The position numbers and the translations under genes are program-made. The notes beneath the pieces are model-generated. The model worked only from the letters and a program-made list of their open reading frames with translations. It ran no database searches and was not told the origin of the DNA. Shown here in pieces: positions 23,710 through 37,000 of a DNA stretch of 64,000 bases; within the stretch, counting starts at the first letter, position 1, and each line of letters begins with the position of its first letter. Source of the stretch: Octopus sinensis (lineage: Eukaryota). The stretch is taken from assembly GCF_006345805.1 (NCBI RefSeq), contig NC_043000.1:46128001-46192000 (forward strand), given 5' to 3'.

Positions 23710-24399
23710 TCAAACTGTTTTGATCCATACATGTATCTCCCAATAAATTGGTTGAGTGCCCTTCTTTCGTTTGTCTACTCATTCATATATATATATGAAT
23801 ATATATATATATATAGTTCTATATATATATATATGATGAAAGTGAACAAACTGCATTAACTGAAAATGGCTAGTGGCATGTGTCAGAACAAAAACAGACA
23901 AAGGTATATTAGATGACATATATGATAAAATCTTGAGTCATTGAAATTACTTCTGCTTCCAGAGAAGATAGAACAAACAATTGATGTTTTCTGAAGTAAC
24001 AACAAATGAGAATAGCACGTAATCTCATGAATCAAGTGCTCTCAAAAACTGATGTGCCATTAAAAGAAAAGACCACCTTATTGACAGATGTTGATACAAA
24101 GTTCCTGGCTTGACAGGCAACATCAGCAAAGCAGCTTCTCTACTTTAACTCCAAGCTTTGTACAGATTTTGTTGACTAAATTCACACACAATGTATTTGT
24201 CAATCTGGGGCTACAGTAGAAGGCAATTTTACAAAGTACTGCACAGGAGGAAAGGACACAAAATCAAGTGGATGCTAAGACGACTTCTAAACCAGCCATA
24301 CACTGACAAATCTAGAAGAATCATAATTATTAAATATAAATAAGTAAAAATTAAGGATTTATTATAGTCAAACTTCTGGAATTACTTTTTTTATCAGTG

Positions 24400-24986
24400 C
24401 TTTTTCTTTTCTTTTACCACATTTTTGTCAAAAATGCATTGCCTTTGTTATGGATAGAGTTGAAAATAAGGAATAATTTAGTAAAATAACTTTTTCATTA
24501 TTAGATTGATGTTTGGGACATAAATTAACACGGAATTTCGATAGACCATCATCACCACCACCACTACCACCACCACCACCACCACCACACCACCACCACC
24601 ACCATCAGCATCATCATCATCATCATCATCGTTTAACACCCATTTCCATGCTGATATGGTTTGGATGGTTTGACAGGAGCTGGCTAGCCACAGAACTGTC
24701 CAGATTCTAATTGTCTGTGTCGTAGCATGGTTTCTATGGCTGGATATCCCTCCTTACTCCAACTACTTTACAAAGCGTGCTGGATGCTTTTTATGTACCA
24801 TCAGCACAGGTACAGCTGCACAGCCCCAGCATGAGAGTATTTTATGTAGCACCAGCACTTGTAAAGGATAAGCCTGTATAAATGGATGATAATGATTTTA
24901 ACTAGCTTGTCACCTCTCAGGTTAAAAAAATAAGTTTGTATCAGAACCAATGACAGTCTCATTTGGGTTAGTATCAAAGGGGTTAA
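24400..24986. mobile_element. piggyBac-like TTAA MITE (second family) interrupted by a (CCA)/(CAT) tract and a (GAT)n-family copy (24611-24900, minus)
   Basis: Right end GTATCAAAGGGGTTAA. The body matches the reverse copy at 54870-55255; the left end is degraded. Confidence 0.55.
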
Positions 24987-26920
24987 AAACCTGATTATCA
25001 AATCATAGCTTGAAGATTGATATAATTTTAGGTCATGGAGTGTTTAGCTAGCTTCCTTGAATAGTCTTAGTTTCCAAAACACACAGATAGAATCTTATGG
25101 CAAACTAATAAAGTTTTCTCAATTTAGTTGGCATTTTTTTCTCAGATAAACTGATTCATAGAAATTGACTACATTTTATGACTAACGCTTCTTTGTTGAA
25201 CATCATATATAGAATAATTAGGATATAATACTTCCCTGATTAACAGATATCTAAAATTCTATTTTCTTGTTATGCTATTAACACTGTTTCCTTTAACTAA
25301 TCAAATATACTTATACTGTGTCTGTAGTTCTATTTTCTTATGTGACAAAAGCAGCTGCAGTTTTGTATCTGTACTAAAGTGGCATCTGTATTTTCTCTTA
25401 GCTCAATATAATTTTCTTCTTCATTATCACATAAGACTACCATAAAATGGTAGAATAACAAAGGAGCAAGTGTGGCTGTGTTATTAAGAAGTTTGCTTCA
25501 AAAGCCTATTATTTAGAGTTTCTTCTCTCCATATTAGAAGACACCTGTGGCCAGGTGACTTATATGTGTGTGTAGTAGGGGACTGTCTGTCCTTCAAGTT
25601 GATGTCTGTGTGCTGATTAAAAACAAGGTCACTGTCCATGCAAGCAGTGTCAATGACGATGATATTAATGAGGATGACACATCCTATACTTTAATACCAT
25701 TTCTGAAGCATTCATCATATTCATACATATGAAATGCTTTGTGGCATTTCGTCTGTCTTTGTGTTCTGAGTTCAAATTCTGCTGGGGTCAACTTTGCCTT
25801 TCATCCTTTCGGGATCGATGAATTAAGTACCATTTGAAAACTGCGATCTTTGTAATCAACTTAATCTTTCCCTAAAACAGCCGGCCTTATGCAAAAATTT
25901 GAAATCAATTATTTAACTTCTTCCTCTGAAGAAGGAGCTGGTTTCTAAAGACGATACAAAACTCCATTATTAAAATGTAGATAGCAAAAGCAATGTCACA
26001 TTTTAAACCCGAGAAAAGTCTTGCTTAGTTTTACTGTCATGCTTACAGATTGTAGTTGTAATGTGAAAGAGTTGGTTGATTTCTTTTTCTGAAAATGCAA
26101 ACTTATTCAGACTGCCAGGCATTTACTTAGAAAACCAAGTGCACCAATTATTATTGGTATAAGTGTAGATTTGTAATCCAAATATAGGAACTGAAGGTTT
26201 CAAAGAAGTTGTCCATATTTATATTCTTTCTCCTTGATTTTCAAAGAGATTTTCTCTTTGATTTTCACATCAGCAGGACAGCCAACCTCCATGACAGTAC
26301 ATACTTTTCCTTGTCTGCCCCAAACAACAATATCTGATCTGTTATGTTTACACTTGATGTATGCATGTACACATTTTTACATACATATTTATATATATGC
26401 ACATACACACATATATAATTGTATATGTATATATGTATACACACATACACACACATATGTATATATAATACAATGATGATATATATATATATAATCCTTT
26501 TTAACCATGTCATGCTGTGTTCCTGCTATTGTGGGAATAACTTAAATGTCATTTCTGATGGATTTCTGATAATGTGATAATGAACAACACATAGAGAAAA
26601 AATAAGATAAAATAATGAAATTAGACAACGGATCACATTGCAGCTTTGTAGCCAAGTGTGTTTATGACTTATTGTTTATGGTGTCCCTCATAGCTGGTGT
26701 TTACTTTTGTTTTTAATTGAAAAAATATAATTTTGAAATGAGAAGAGCATGTGATGAACCCAACACATCGTCTTGTAAATGAACAAGGTCTAGACTCTTC
26801 GCAATTCAGAAAAATATTGATATCTATTCTTTGAATGAAGAATTTACATTTATGCATACAATGAAAGTGATTCAGATGATCAAACTGGTGAAAGTAATGG
26901 GGAAAGCAATGATTTTTGGG

Positions 26921-27236
26921 AACAAGTATGGCGGTTGAAAGATAGGCTTACCATTGTTTTTCTCCCAAATTTTTTGTTGATTCTGTCCAATAGTTTGCCT
27001 AACAAATATGGTTGTTATTATTTTTCTCCTGATTTTTTTTTTGTCTTTTTATGATTCCATCACTAGTTTGTTTGTCTTGCAGACATGATAGTTGAGAGGA
27101 AGCTCTATTATTGTTTCTCTGAATATTTCTTGTGATTCCATCCATTAATTTGCCTCACAAATATGGCAGTTGAGAGAAAGACCTATTATTACATTTCTCC
27201 TGGATTTTTTTCTGATTCTGTCGATTAGTTTACCTG
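26921..27236. repeat. Ancient degenerate tandem repeat, 4 x about 78 bp
   Basis: Units start near 26921, 27001, 27080 and 27156 ((A/C)ACAA(A/G)TATGG..GTTGA..TATT..TTTCTC..GATTC..TAGTTTGCCT). Confidence 0.7.
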
Positions 27237-28421
27237 TAATCTTTACTCTTGAACTGTATTTGCAACATTTTCTTTTTTTGCTCAGAGCCCGAGTGGAGAG
27301 TAAAGTTAGAGACTGGGGTCCAGGTTTGAGGAGATTAATATACTCTGGCAGATTCAAATGTGAATATGCTAGTTGGTGCTGCTTTATGTTTGTGGAGAAT
27401 AACTTCTTAAATAATGTGTTTGCAACATATTTAATTCATTGAGGAAAGGAGATTTTGAGCCACAACAGTATTTCAATCTGGTTATGTCTCTTCAATTAAA
27501 GGTAGCCTAGATCTATGAATCTAAGCAAGAATCTTGGTTTTTGTTAATATATATATATATAAAAAAAGAAAATGATTTTTGTTTTGCTGATGTGTTGCTA
27601 ATATCAACCAAACTGATAATAAATCATGAGTGTATGGAGAACAGAAAAAATCAAAACAATGATGTAGATATTCATTCATAATACAATCAAGCAGATTCAA
27701 ATGTGAATGTTTTTCACTTATATTTTACCGATAGAAAATAATCTTCAGACACTCTATTCACAACACATATGAGTCATTGATTTAAGGGAACTTTGAGGCA
27801 CTCTAGTATTTCAACTTGGTGTCTCTGAAGTTAAAGGTTCCATGGGTCAATGATAACACACTGTCTGAAAAGAAAGTGTTTTCCGTAGACAAAATACAAC
27901 AGTGGTTAGCATGTTTATGTTGAAATCTGCTGAAACATATTAAAAATGCTCCAGTATGGCCATAGTCAAATGACTGAAACACGTAAAAGAAGAAAAGAAT
28001 ACGACATTGTTTCGATTTTTGCTGTTCTCCATGCATCAACCAAGAATTTGTTCATAGAAATGTAGACAAGAACTAAAATTCTTCTTTTGATTCATTGAAC
28101 AAGGGTACATGTGACTGAAGTGCCTTTCACTGAGGACATAACCAGGATGAAATAAATACTACAGTCTCTCAAAATTCCATTAGCACGATGAATTGAATGC
28201 ATTGTGAACACACATTGTCTGAAAAAAGTTGTTCTCTGTAGACAAAATACAATAAACAGTGATTAGCATATTCACAATAAAATCTGCCAGAATGTATCAT
28301 GAATGAATATATACATCGTTGATTTGATTTTCACCATTCTTTATGCATGTGAGTATCTGTTATATATATGTGTTAGTATGCACATGTATATGTCTGCACA
28401 GATACACTAACACACTCATGA

Positions 28422-28456
<35 letters not shown>

Positions 28457-28457
28457 G

Positions 28458-28763
28458 CATGTGTGTGTATGTGTGTGTGTGTTACTTATAATATTTTCAT
28501 ATCTCTTCTTTCTGTACTGTTGTATGTAATGTTAATTTTCATCTCAAATGTATCACCACCTGTTTTATGTATATATGCTGTGGGGACTGGTGTTTTGGGA
28601 TACTTGCCATCTACCAAATTCTTTTCACAAAGCACTTGTTAGCCTGAGATTTTTGATAACAAAAAAGATCATTCACAAGATTCCATGCAGTGGGATGGGA
28701 TTCAAAATCAGGTGATTCCAAAGCAAACTTCTTAACCACACTACCATACTTGCATCTATGAAA
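28458..28763 (+). repeat. 306-bp segment duplicated at 32346-32651
   Basis: Direct repeat at an offset of 3888 bp with about 3 mismatches. Confidence 0.95.
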
Positions 28764-30584
28764 AATGCTATTATTGATCTGCTAAATATTTTGCAGGTCT
28801 GTATTTCTCTGCTAGTCTGTTAAGCTGTATATGAGAACATTTCTACAATGCAATGACAATGCAGTACTTGAAAGAACTGTCTCATCATGCATAGATAGCC
28901 ATAGCCTGTTCTCTGGAAAGTTAAGGATATTCTTGATTTAGGCCCACATGCCAGGTGCAATCAAGCAAACCTATAATAAATGATATTTCCATTAGAGCAT
29001 AGCGCATTTTTGTTAATTAATTAATTTGTTTATTTATTCTTTGAGACAATGTATTTAGGACCAAATTAGCCAATATATCAATCCTTCATTTTTGAAACTC
29101 TGTATGACTCATAGAGATTTAGCTGCTATTTTTTGCTGGTCGTAATATTGTGTAGAAGAGGCATGGGCCATCCTTTTCTAGCAGTAGTTCTTAAGAAATA
29201 TTTGCTTACCATGAGTTAGGTTGTATCACCTAAAAAAAAATAACAAACCTCATATATTGTCTGTATTCATTAGTTGATAATTTGAGGGATTTTCCAGCTC
29301 TACAAGGCTTTGATCAAGAGAAAGCTTAAGTGAATGAAAAATAGAAAGAAGGAACATTATTCTAATTAACAGAATCGAACATAGAGATTATGCTATAAAA
29401 TTTGAGCAGACATTCTTTGTTTGAATAATCAGGACATTATTTGTGCCATTCAAAAATTCATTAAGTTTAAGATCCATTAGTGCTATATACTCCTCAGGCT
29501 TGCTATAAAATATCCCTTGCTGAGAAAGTTACTTATATCAGAAATCACAAATAAAAATACTCTTGTATAAGTAATATCATCATCATCATCATTATCATAA
29601 TTTGATGATTGCTTCCATGCTGGCATGGGTTAGATGGTTTGACTGGAGCTGGTAAGCTTGAGAGTTGCACCAGGTTACCACAGCTGGATACCCTTCTAGA
29701 TGCCAACCACTACAAGTGTGTAATGGATGTGTTTATGGATGTGTTTATGAGCCACCAGCATTAGCCAAATATCTTTAATTACCTCACCTCCGAAAAAATG
29801 TAGAATTTCTCCTTTCTTATCTAATTTCAGTCTAGGGCACTAATTAATGACACTTAGAAAAATGAATATGTGAATAATGTGTTGTTCTTATTACTGTATA
29901 TCGTTTAAAAATTTTCTTTCCATTTATTTATTTTTTCTTTTGTTTATATTCAAAAACTCTAATATTGTATTGTTAGTTAGATTCTGCAATTAAAACAAAA
30001 GTGTAAGAAAATATTTTAAACAAATAGATTTTTAAATTGTAAGAAGAGTATTAATAGAAACCATGAGAAATACATTTCCATGATTAAATCAGCCAGGATG
30101 CAATAGTTATTCTTGCAACTTGCATTTTCACTGTATACCATTCTATTGCTCAACCACTTTCCAAGTAATTGCACTAATGTTAACATTACAAATGTCTAAT
30201 TAAAAATTTAAAAAAAACAGAATGTTGATGTTAGTAAATGAATTTGGTGTAAATAAAATTTTTAAACATTCAATTTAAATAATTGAAAGAATCCTCCACA
30301 CACAGCCACTTAAAATTCCAAAATGTCTAAATAAATGTATTGATTAGAATGCTAAGTAAATCCATATATAGTAATTGGTCTCAAGGCTTTTAAATATTTA
30401 GTAACATTAACATATTAAAAATGCCATTTTAGTTATACACAAACACACACGAGTATGAGTGTGTGTGTGTGTGTATGTGTGTGAGTGTGTGTGTGTATGT
30501 GTGTGCATATATATATCTTCCTTTTGCATTTCTTTTCTGTGCTAGCAAGAGTTGAAGGATCATTGCAATTTCCTCAGACAGCAT

Positions 30585-30738
30585 TATCGTTATTATTATT
30601 ATTATTATTATTATTATTGTTATTATCATTATTATCATTATTATCATCATCATCATTATTATTATTATTATTATCATTATTATTATTATTATTATTACTA
30701 TTGCTATTATTATTATTATTATTATTAGTAGTAGTAGT

Positions 30739-30770
<32 letters not shown>

Positions 30771-30801
30771 TAGTAGCAGCAGTAGTAGTAGTAGTAGTAG
30801 T
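30585..30801. repeat. Compound trinucleotide microsatellite (ATT/ATC)n-(AGT/AGC)n
   Basis: Seen directly; produces poly-L/I/V ORFs. Confidence 0.95.
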
Positions 30802-30996
30802 AATTTTGCACTATTTACATGCACTATTTTTCTGCACTTTCTCTCTTCAGAGTGACACAATGTATCTTTCTGTCCAGTTTGGCTTGCCTGAAGAAGTAAC
30901 TGCATGCTATAGAACATCCAATGTAACTGGCCACTGGCCACTGGAGCAGCTTAAATAAACTTCTCTGTACACGCATTCTTCTCTAGATTATGACTT

Positions 30997-31058
<62 letters not shown>

Positions 31059-31811
31059 CACACACACACACACAGACACACACACACACATGCACAGATA
31101 AAGAGAAAGGTAGATGGACAGAAAGACAGACAAAGAGACAGACAGATACATAGATAAATAGATAGACAGAAGGATGGATGGATGGATGGATGAAAGATAT
31201 CGCATAATGGAGTGAATGGGATATATTTGTGTGATTATGTTACTTTCTCATTTGTGATTGGTTATAGCTGTCAACATGCATTGGTTTACATCTCTTGAAG
31301 TGAAGATAAATGCAATAAATCAAGAAATTATTTTACAATGATATGTATTACACCATAATTTGTCTTTGTAGTCCAGATTCATGCCACTGGCCACACTGAG
31401 TTGTTTTCCTTAGCTGAATTATGTTCTAGTTTTATGTATACTTGTGCGAGTCTGTGTATGTGTATGTGTATGTGTGTGTATGACTGCATGTTCGTGTATG
31501 TATGTATTTATGTATGTGTATATTTGCGTGAGGGTGGGGTGTTTATTTAGGGTAGATGGCTCTGTGGTTTGAGTGTTGCACTCATGACTGCATGATTGTG
31601 GGTCTGATTCTTGGAATGGATAGTGTGTTGTGTTATTGAGCAAAAATACCTCATCTCACATTGTTCTGTGATCATGTCAATATCTGATATGCAAATATAC
31701 CATGTTTTTTCACAGATAATATCAATTTAATGGAGGAAGTGAGCTAATATAGAGCACAAATATTTGATCACTATAAAAAAACATCATCTGTATAGGTCAT
31801 TATATCATAAT

Positions 31812-32075
31812 CATCATCATCATCATCGTTTAACGTCTGCTTTCCATGCTAGCATGGGTTGGACGATTTGACTGAGGTCTGGCGAACCAGATGGCTGCAT
31901 CAGACTCCAATCTGATCTGGCAGAGTTTCTACAGCTGGATGCTCTTCCTAATGCCAACTACTCTGAGAGTGTAGTGGGTGCTTTTACGCGCCACTGGCAC
32001 GTGGGCCAGTCAGGTGATACTGGCAATGACCATGCTCAAATAGTGCTTTTTATGTACCACCTGCACAGGAACTGG
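31812..32075 (-). mobile_element. (GAT)n-tailed family copy
   Basis: (CAT)n-CGTTTAACGTCTGCTTTCCATGCTAGCATGGGTTGGACG. Confidence 0.85.
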
Positions 32076-32160
32076 TCCAGTGTATGTGGGTGTATGTGTG
32101 ATAAAGTACTGAATGCATGTTACTGCATACACACAAAAGTGTGAAAATGTTCTCAATACA

Positions 32161-32950
32161 GAAGTAGCTGTGTGGTAAGGAGCTTGCTTCCCAACCACGT
32201 GGTGCTGGGTTCAGTCACATTGCATGGCATTTTGGAAAAGTGTCTTCTACTATAGCCTTCGGCTGACCAAAGCCTTGTGAGTGGATTTGGTACACGGAAA
32301 CTGAAAGGAGCCCATTGTATATATGTATATATATATATATATACACATGTGTGTGTATGTGTGTGTGTGTTACTTATAATATTTTCATATCTCTTCTTTC
32401 TGTACTGTTGTATGTAATGTTAATTTTCATCTCAAATGTATCACCACCTGTTTTATGTATATATGCTGTGGGGACTGGTGTTTTGGGATACTTGCCATCT
32501 ACCAAATTTTTTTCACAAAGCACTTCTTAGCTTGAGATTTTTGATAACAAAAAAGATCATTCACAAGATTCCATGCAGTGGGATGGGATTCAAAATCAGG
32601 TGATTCCAAAGCAAACTTCTTAACCACACTACCATACTTGCATCTATGAAATATCTATATAATTATTTATATGTGTGTGTGTGTACGTATGTATGTGTGT
32701 GTATGTATGTATGTATATATGTATGTATGTATATGTATCTTTGCGTGTGTGTCTGTGTTTGTCCTCCCATTACCATTTGACAACTGGTGTTAGTGTGTTT
32801 TAGTTCCCATAACTTAGTGGTTCAGCAAAAAAGCCCGATAGAATAAATACTAGGTTTGAATGATAAGTACTGGGATTAATTCATTTATCTAAAAAGTTCA
32901 AGGCAGTGCTCCGACATGGCTGCAGTTAAATGACTGAAACAAGTAAAAGA
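32161..32950 (+). mobile_element. Family B SINE with a 306-bp foreign insert in its internal microsatellite
   Basis: 5' half at 32161-32320, insert at 32346-32651, and 3' half from about 32750 ending in AAGTAAAAGATAAAAGA. Confidence 0.85.
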
Positions 32951-33534
32951 TAAAAGATACAAGAATTAATATTATACCTAAATAAAGTAACCAATGAGCT
33001 GTCAGAATTATTGACCACAGAAGTTGATGTCATCGACTTAGCCCCTCCCCCAAAATTGCTGGCCTTGTACTAAGATTTGAATTCAGCATTATTTAATCAA
33101 AGATGACAGTGAGCTGACAGAATAAATAACATTTGGGGCAAAATGCTTAGTGGAATTTTGTCTTTCTTCGTGTTCTGTGCTCAAGTTTCTCCTAGGTTGA
33201 CTTTGCCTTTCATCCTTTCAGGGTTGGTAAAATTAGTACCAGTTAAACACTGGGGGTCGTTGTAATCAAGTTACCCCCCCCCCCCAATTACTGATATTGT
33301 ACCAAAATTTGAAATCAATATCATATTTAATTAAAGCTAAGGTTTTACTATTACAATCCTGGATATTTGAGTGGTAGTCAATTATGAAAAGAGAGTGAAG
33401 AGCAAAGAGAAAAAAGGGAGAAGCAGAAAGAGAAGACAAGAATGAAGGTACTTTAAACAATCTTACAAAGATCTCTTAAAGACAATATGAAAGTAGAAAA
33501 AAGAAAAGGACAGAGTGACTGTATATTTTTGATA

Positions 33535-33952
33535 TACTCTTTTACTCTTTTACTCTTTTATTTGTTTCAGCTATTTGACTGCAGCCATGCTGGAGCACCG
33601 CCTTTAGTCAAGCAAATCTACCCCAGGACTTATTCTTTGTAAGCCTAGTACTTATTCTATTGGTCTCTTTTGCCGAACCGCTAAGTTACAGGGACGTAAA
33701 CACACCACCATCGGTTGTCAAGCGATGCCGGGGGGACAAATACAGACACACAAACACACACACACACGAACACACACCACATATATATATACATATATAC
33801 GATGGGCTTCATTCAGTTTCCATCTACGAAATCCATTCACAAGGCTTTGGTCAGCCCGAGGCTATAGTAGAAGACACTTGCCCAAAGTGCCACGCAGTGG
33901 GAATGAACCCGGAACCATGTGGTTGGTAAGCAAGCAACTTACCACACAGCCA
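33535..33952 (-). mobile_element. Family B SINE
   Basis: Reverse complement of the full head-CORE-microsatellite-tail structure. Confidence 0.88.
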
Positions 33953-34338
33953 CAAAAAAAAAGAAAATCCATTATGCAAGTGTTAATTGCAAAGCATTCA
34001 AATATAAACTCATGAAATCAATGATAAAAAAATTATTGCAACAGTCTATAACCAAAACATTAATCTTAGTAATTTATGCATTTCAGTGAAATTAAATTAT
34101 TTTACTCCATAATGGAAATATCCACAATGGAATCTCTGAATATATTCCACTTTGCAGACACAAAATCCATTTGTACTAAATAATTACAAGTTCCTCTTAC
34201 CATTAGTGATCTCTTATTCATTATGTATTAAACTACTATAAAGTTATCTCTCCTATGTTATATACTGGACAGTCATAAATAAATAATTCTCTAAGATTGT
34301 CTATCATTACAACTATGTGGTTGTGTGTGTGTGCGTAT

Positions 34339-34400
<62 letters not shown>

Positions 34401-34799
34401 ATATATCTTTCTATTTGTGTGTTTATATGTACACATGTGTATTTATTCTTGATACATTGTAATTCTTATTTACAATAGTTGTCTTCCATATCAAGATATG
34501 CAATCTTTCAAGAACATTTTTATTCATGTTTGTTTTTCCTGAACATTGTATTATGCTGTCCTTGTAACCAGAGAGAAAGAAATGTTTCTGTCTGGCCTCT
34601 CATCTCTCTGGTACTCGTCTTCTTCCCTGCAGCTTGGGTCATAAGGGATGGCACGGGATCTTTGTTCAGTCTCCCTAACACCATCCTCATCTTTGTATTT
34701 GTCCTATCCAAGGCTGGTTATAATATCAGTTTTACAAGATTTATTGGGGAGTAATTTAAAATTAAAACAACTACAGAACTACATTCTCTTGCCTACCTT

Positions 34800-35035
34800 C
34801 TTATTTCTTTATTGCCCACAAGGGGCTAAACATAGAGGGGACAAATAAGGACAGACATAGGAATTAAGTCGATTACATCGACCCCAGTGTGTAACTGGTA
34901 CTTAATTTATCGACCCCGACTGGATGAAAGGCAAAGTCGACCTCGGTGGAATTTGAACTCAGAACGTAACAGCAGATGAGATACCACTAAGCATTTCGCC
35001 CGGTGTGCTAACACTTCTGCCAGCTTTCCACCATT
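34800..35035 (-). mobile_element. Family A SINE (type A tail)
   Basis: TATTTCTTTATTGCCCACAAGGGG...GAAAGGCAAAGTCGACC...CTGCCAGC. Confidence 0.88.
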
Positions 35036-35659
35036 CTTACCTACCTTTTTGCCATTTCACAATTACTGATCAAGAGTGCCATATTGAAAAAAATTTTGAC
35101 TGTTTTAGATGGGTTTATAGACAACTGTTTTAGCAGCAACTACAGCCATCCCCAGATAGACATACAAATTTAATGCTATTATTGTTGCTCTTTAGATCTA
35201 GGTGAAGTCTGATCAAGAAGACTTATGGTCAAAGGACTTCTGATCAGGATTGCTGCACCATTTTTTATTTCTTAATTTCACATATTATCTTAGGTTTTTT
35301 TTTTACTCAATGCATCCTTCCCTTTTTAAAATGGTAGGAAGGGATTTGGTTGCTATTTCTTGCTGATCATGTTATCACATTTCTGTCTCTTTGCTAGTAC
35401 ACATAACACAGGAAGAAATCAGACATTTTATATCATTGTTTTTGTTGTCGTTTAACCAAAAGATTAACCCTGAGTGAATATGGGTGCAATACCATAGTTA
35501 TAGTCAAATATCCTTCAGTCAAGACCATCTTATTGTTTTGGAGTATTTAGGAGTACATTACATAATGTGTGCTTATCTTTTCAAGATGAAAGGTGTGATA
35601 TGAAGGCACTTTAATTGTGTTTCTAACAAGTTAAGTAACCAGAGAGGAATTATGGAAGG

Positions 35660-35975
35660 AGTCAGATACAAAAGAAATAAAATAGAGATTACAAGGTATA
35701 AACATCTATAAACATGTATAAAAGGAACATGATGTAGAAAGAAGATTAAGCTGCTATGGGATGTGAGGCATATAGAGGATAACAGTATAAATAAGTACAG
35801 AGTATTTAGAGAGGGTGGAGCCTGTAGAAGAGGGACACCTACAAAGATATGAAATGAAGTAGGGAAGGCTGATTCAAGCAGCTCAGTCTCATAGTGTATT
35901 ATCAGGACTGATGACATGCTACAGTAGAGAAATCCTGTCCAACCATGCTGGTATGATGGAACAAGCGTTAAATTA
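35660..35975 (+). pseudogene. Highly decayed 3' end of an RTE-type LINE joined to the (GAT)n-family terminal sequence
   Basis: RRLSCYG..EDNS..GACRRG.P.KIW-like remnants followed by TGTCCAACCATGCTGGTATG..CGTTAAA. Confidence 0.5.
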
Positions 35976-36068
35976 GAGGGAATGAAGGAAGCTGGGTGTT
36001 ATAACATAACAATATTTTTAGTTTCTTTGTCCACCATTTGGCACCAGCTGAGTTACCATCTGCTTCCC

Positions 36069-36149
<81 letters not shown>

Positions 36150-36344
36150 ATCAAAATAAGCAACAAGGATGTCCAGAGGTAATGCAGTATGATTGTTTCA
36201 TTTAATTGAATTCTATGTCTTTGTGCAGCTGAGGATTGCTCTGCATTTTAAATTGATGTAATGATTGCCTTGATCAATTAAATGGAGTTATATGAAACGA
36301 TTGTACTGCATTACCTCTGGATATCCTTGTTGCTTACTTTGATT
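36150..36344 (+). mobile_element. 195-bp element with about 52-bp terminal inverted repeats enclosing a hammerhead
   Basis: ATCAAAATAAGCAACAAGGATGTCCAGAGGTAATGCAGTA.. / ..TACTGCATTACCTCTGGATATCCTTGTTGCTTACTTTGAT, adjacent to (TA)n. Confidence 0.85.
36223..36311 (+). ncRNA. Type I hammerhead ribozyme motif with long stem II
   Basis: GTGCAG-CTGAGGA(36229-35)-stem II [CTC/GAG, CATTT/AAATG, AATTGAT/ATCAATT]-GAAAC(36294-98)-GATT-GTA(36303-05)-CTGCAT. Stem I is 6 bp. Confidence 0.75.
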
Positions 36345-36645
36345 TTAATCTCCTTACTTTGAAATGCTTTGGATAACACCGTATTAAATTCTGGTGCCTC
36401 AACTTAAGTACCATATTCATCTGAATCTATATATATATGTATGCATGTATGTATGTACATGCACACAAACAAAATATTATATGTACGCATGTATGTATGT
36501 ATCTATATGTGAAGGCTGTTTCAACTGTCCTTTTAACATTTAAATAATATATAGCAATTTTATTGTATACATTATTATAACTTGTGTTTATGTTATTTCA
36601 GTACTCTTTCAAATATAATGTAAATATTGTTTGGCACACACACAC

Positions 36646-36723
<78 letters not shown>

Positions 36724-37000
36724 GATACATACATACATACATAGACAGATAGATAGAAATATATTAAAACAAAAGTTAAATTCTGGTCATAGGGTTACCA
36801 AAGGCTTCATAACCACAAAAGCCACAGCCTTGTAGATAGCTCATCACACTCTATATAAAGACAAAAAAAATTAAACTTTCTGCCATGCAGATGTGGTATA
36901 TATGTAAGTATATATACAAATTTTAATAAGGGTAGAAATTGATATTAATCAATTAAAACCAGTGGCCTAGCATATTAAAAAATCCGAAGATTAAAATATT

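Larger units (their letters stand above)
21759..23725 (-). mobile_element. Penelope-like retroelement, 5'-truncated, with inverted terminal (pLTR) repeats
   Basis: RT and GIY-YIG remnants on the minus strand. Inverted repeats of about 61 bp at 21759-21819 and 23664-23724 (ATCAAAACAGTTTGATTCAAATT...). Inserted in a (TATG)n tract. Confidence 0.85.

Noticed and set aside
34520-34711. Purine-rich minus-strand reading DKYKDEDGVRETEQRSRAIPYDPSCREEDEYQRDERPDR
   Set aside because: It looks coding but has no good donor, ends in a stop, and matches nothing I recognise.
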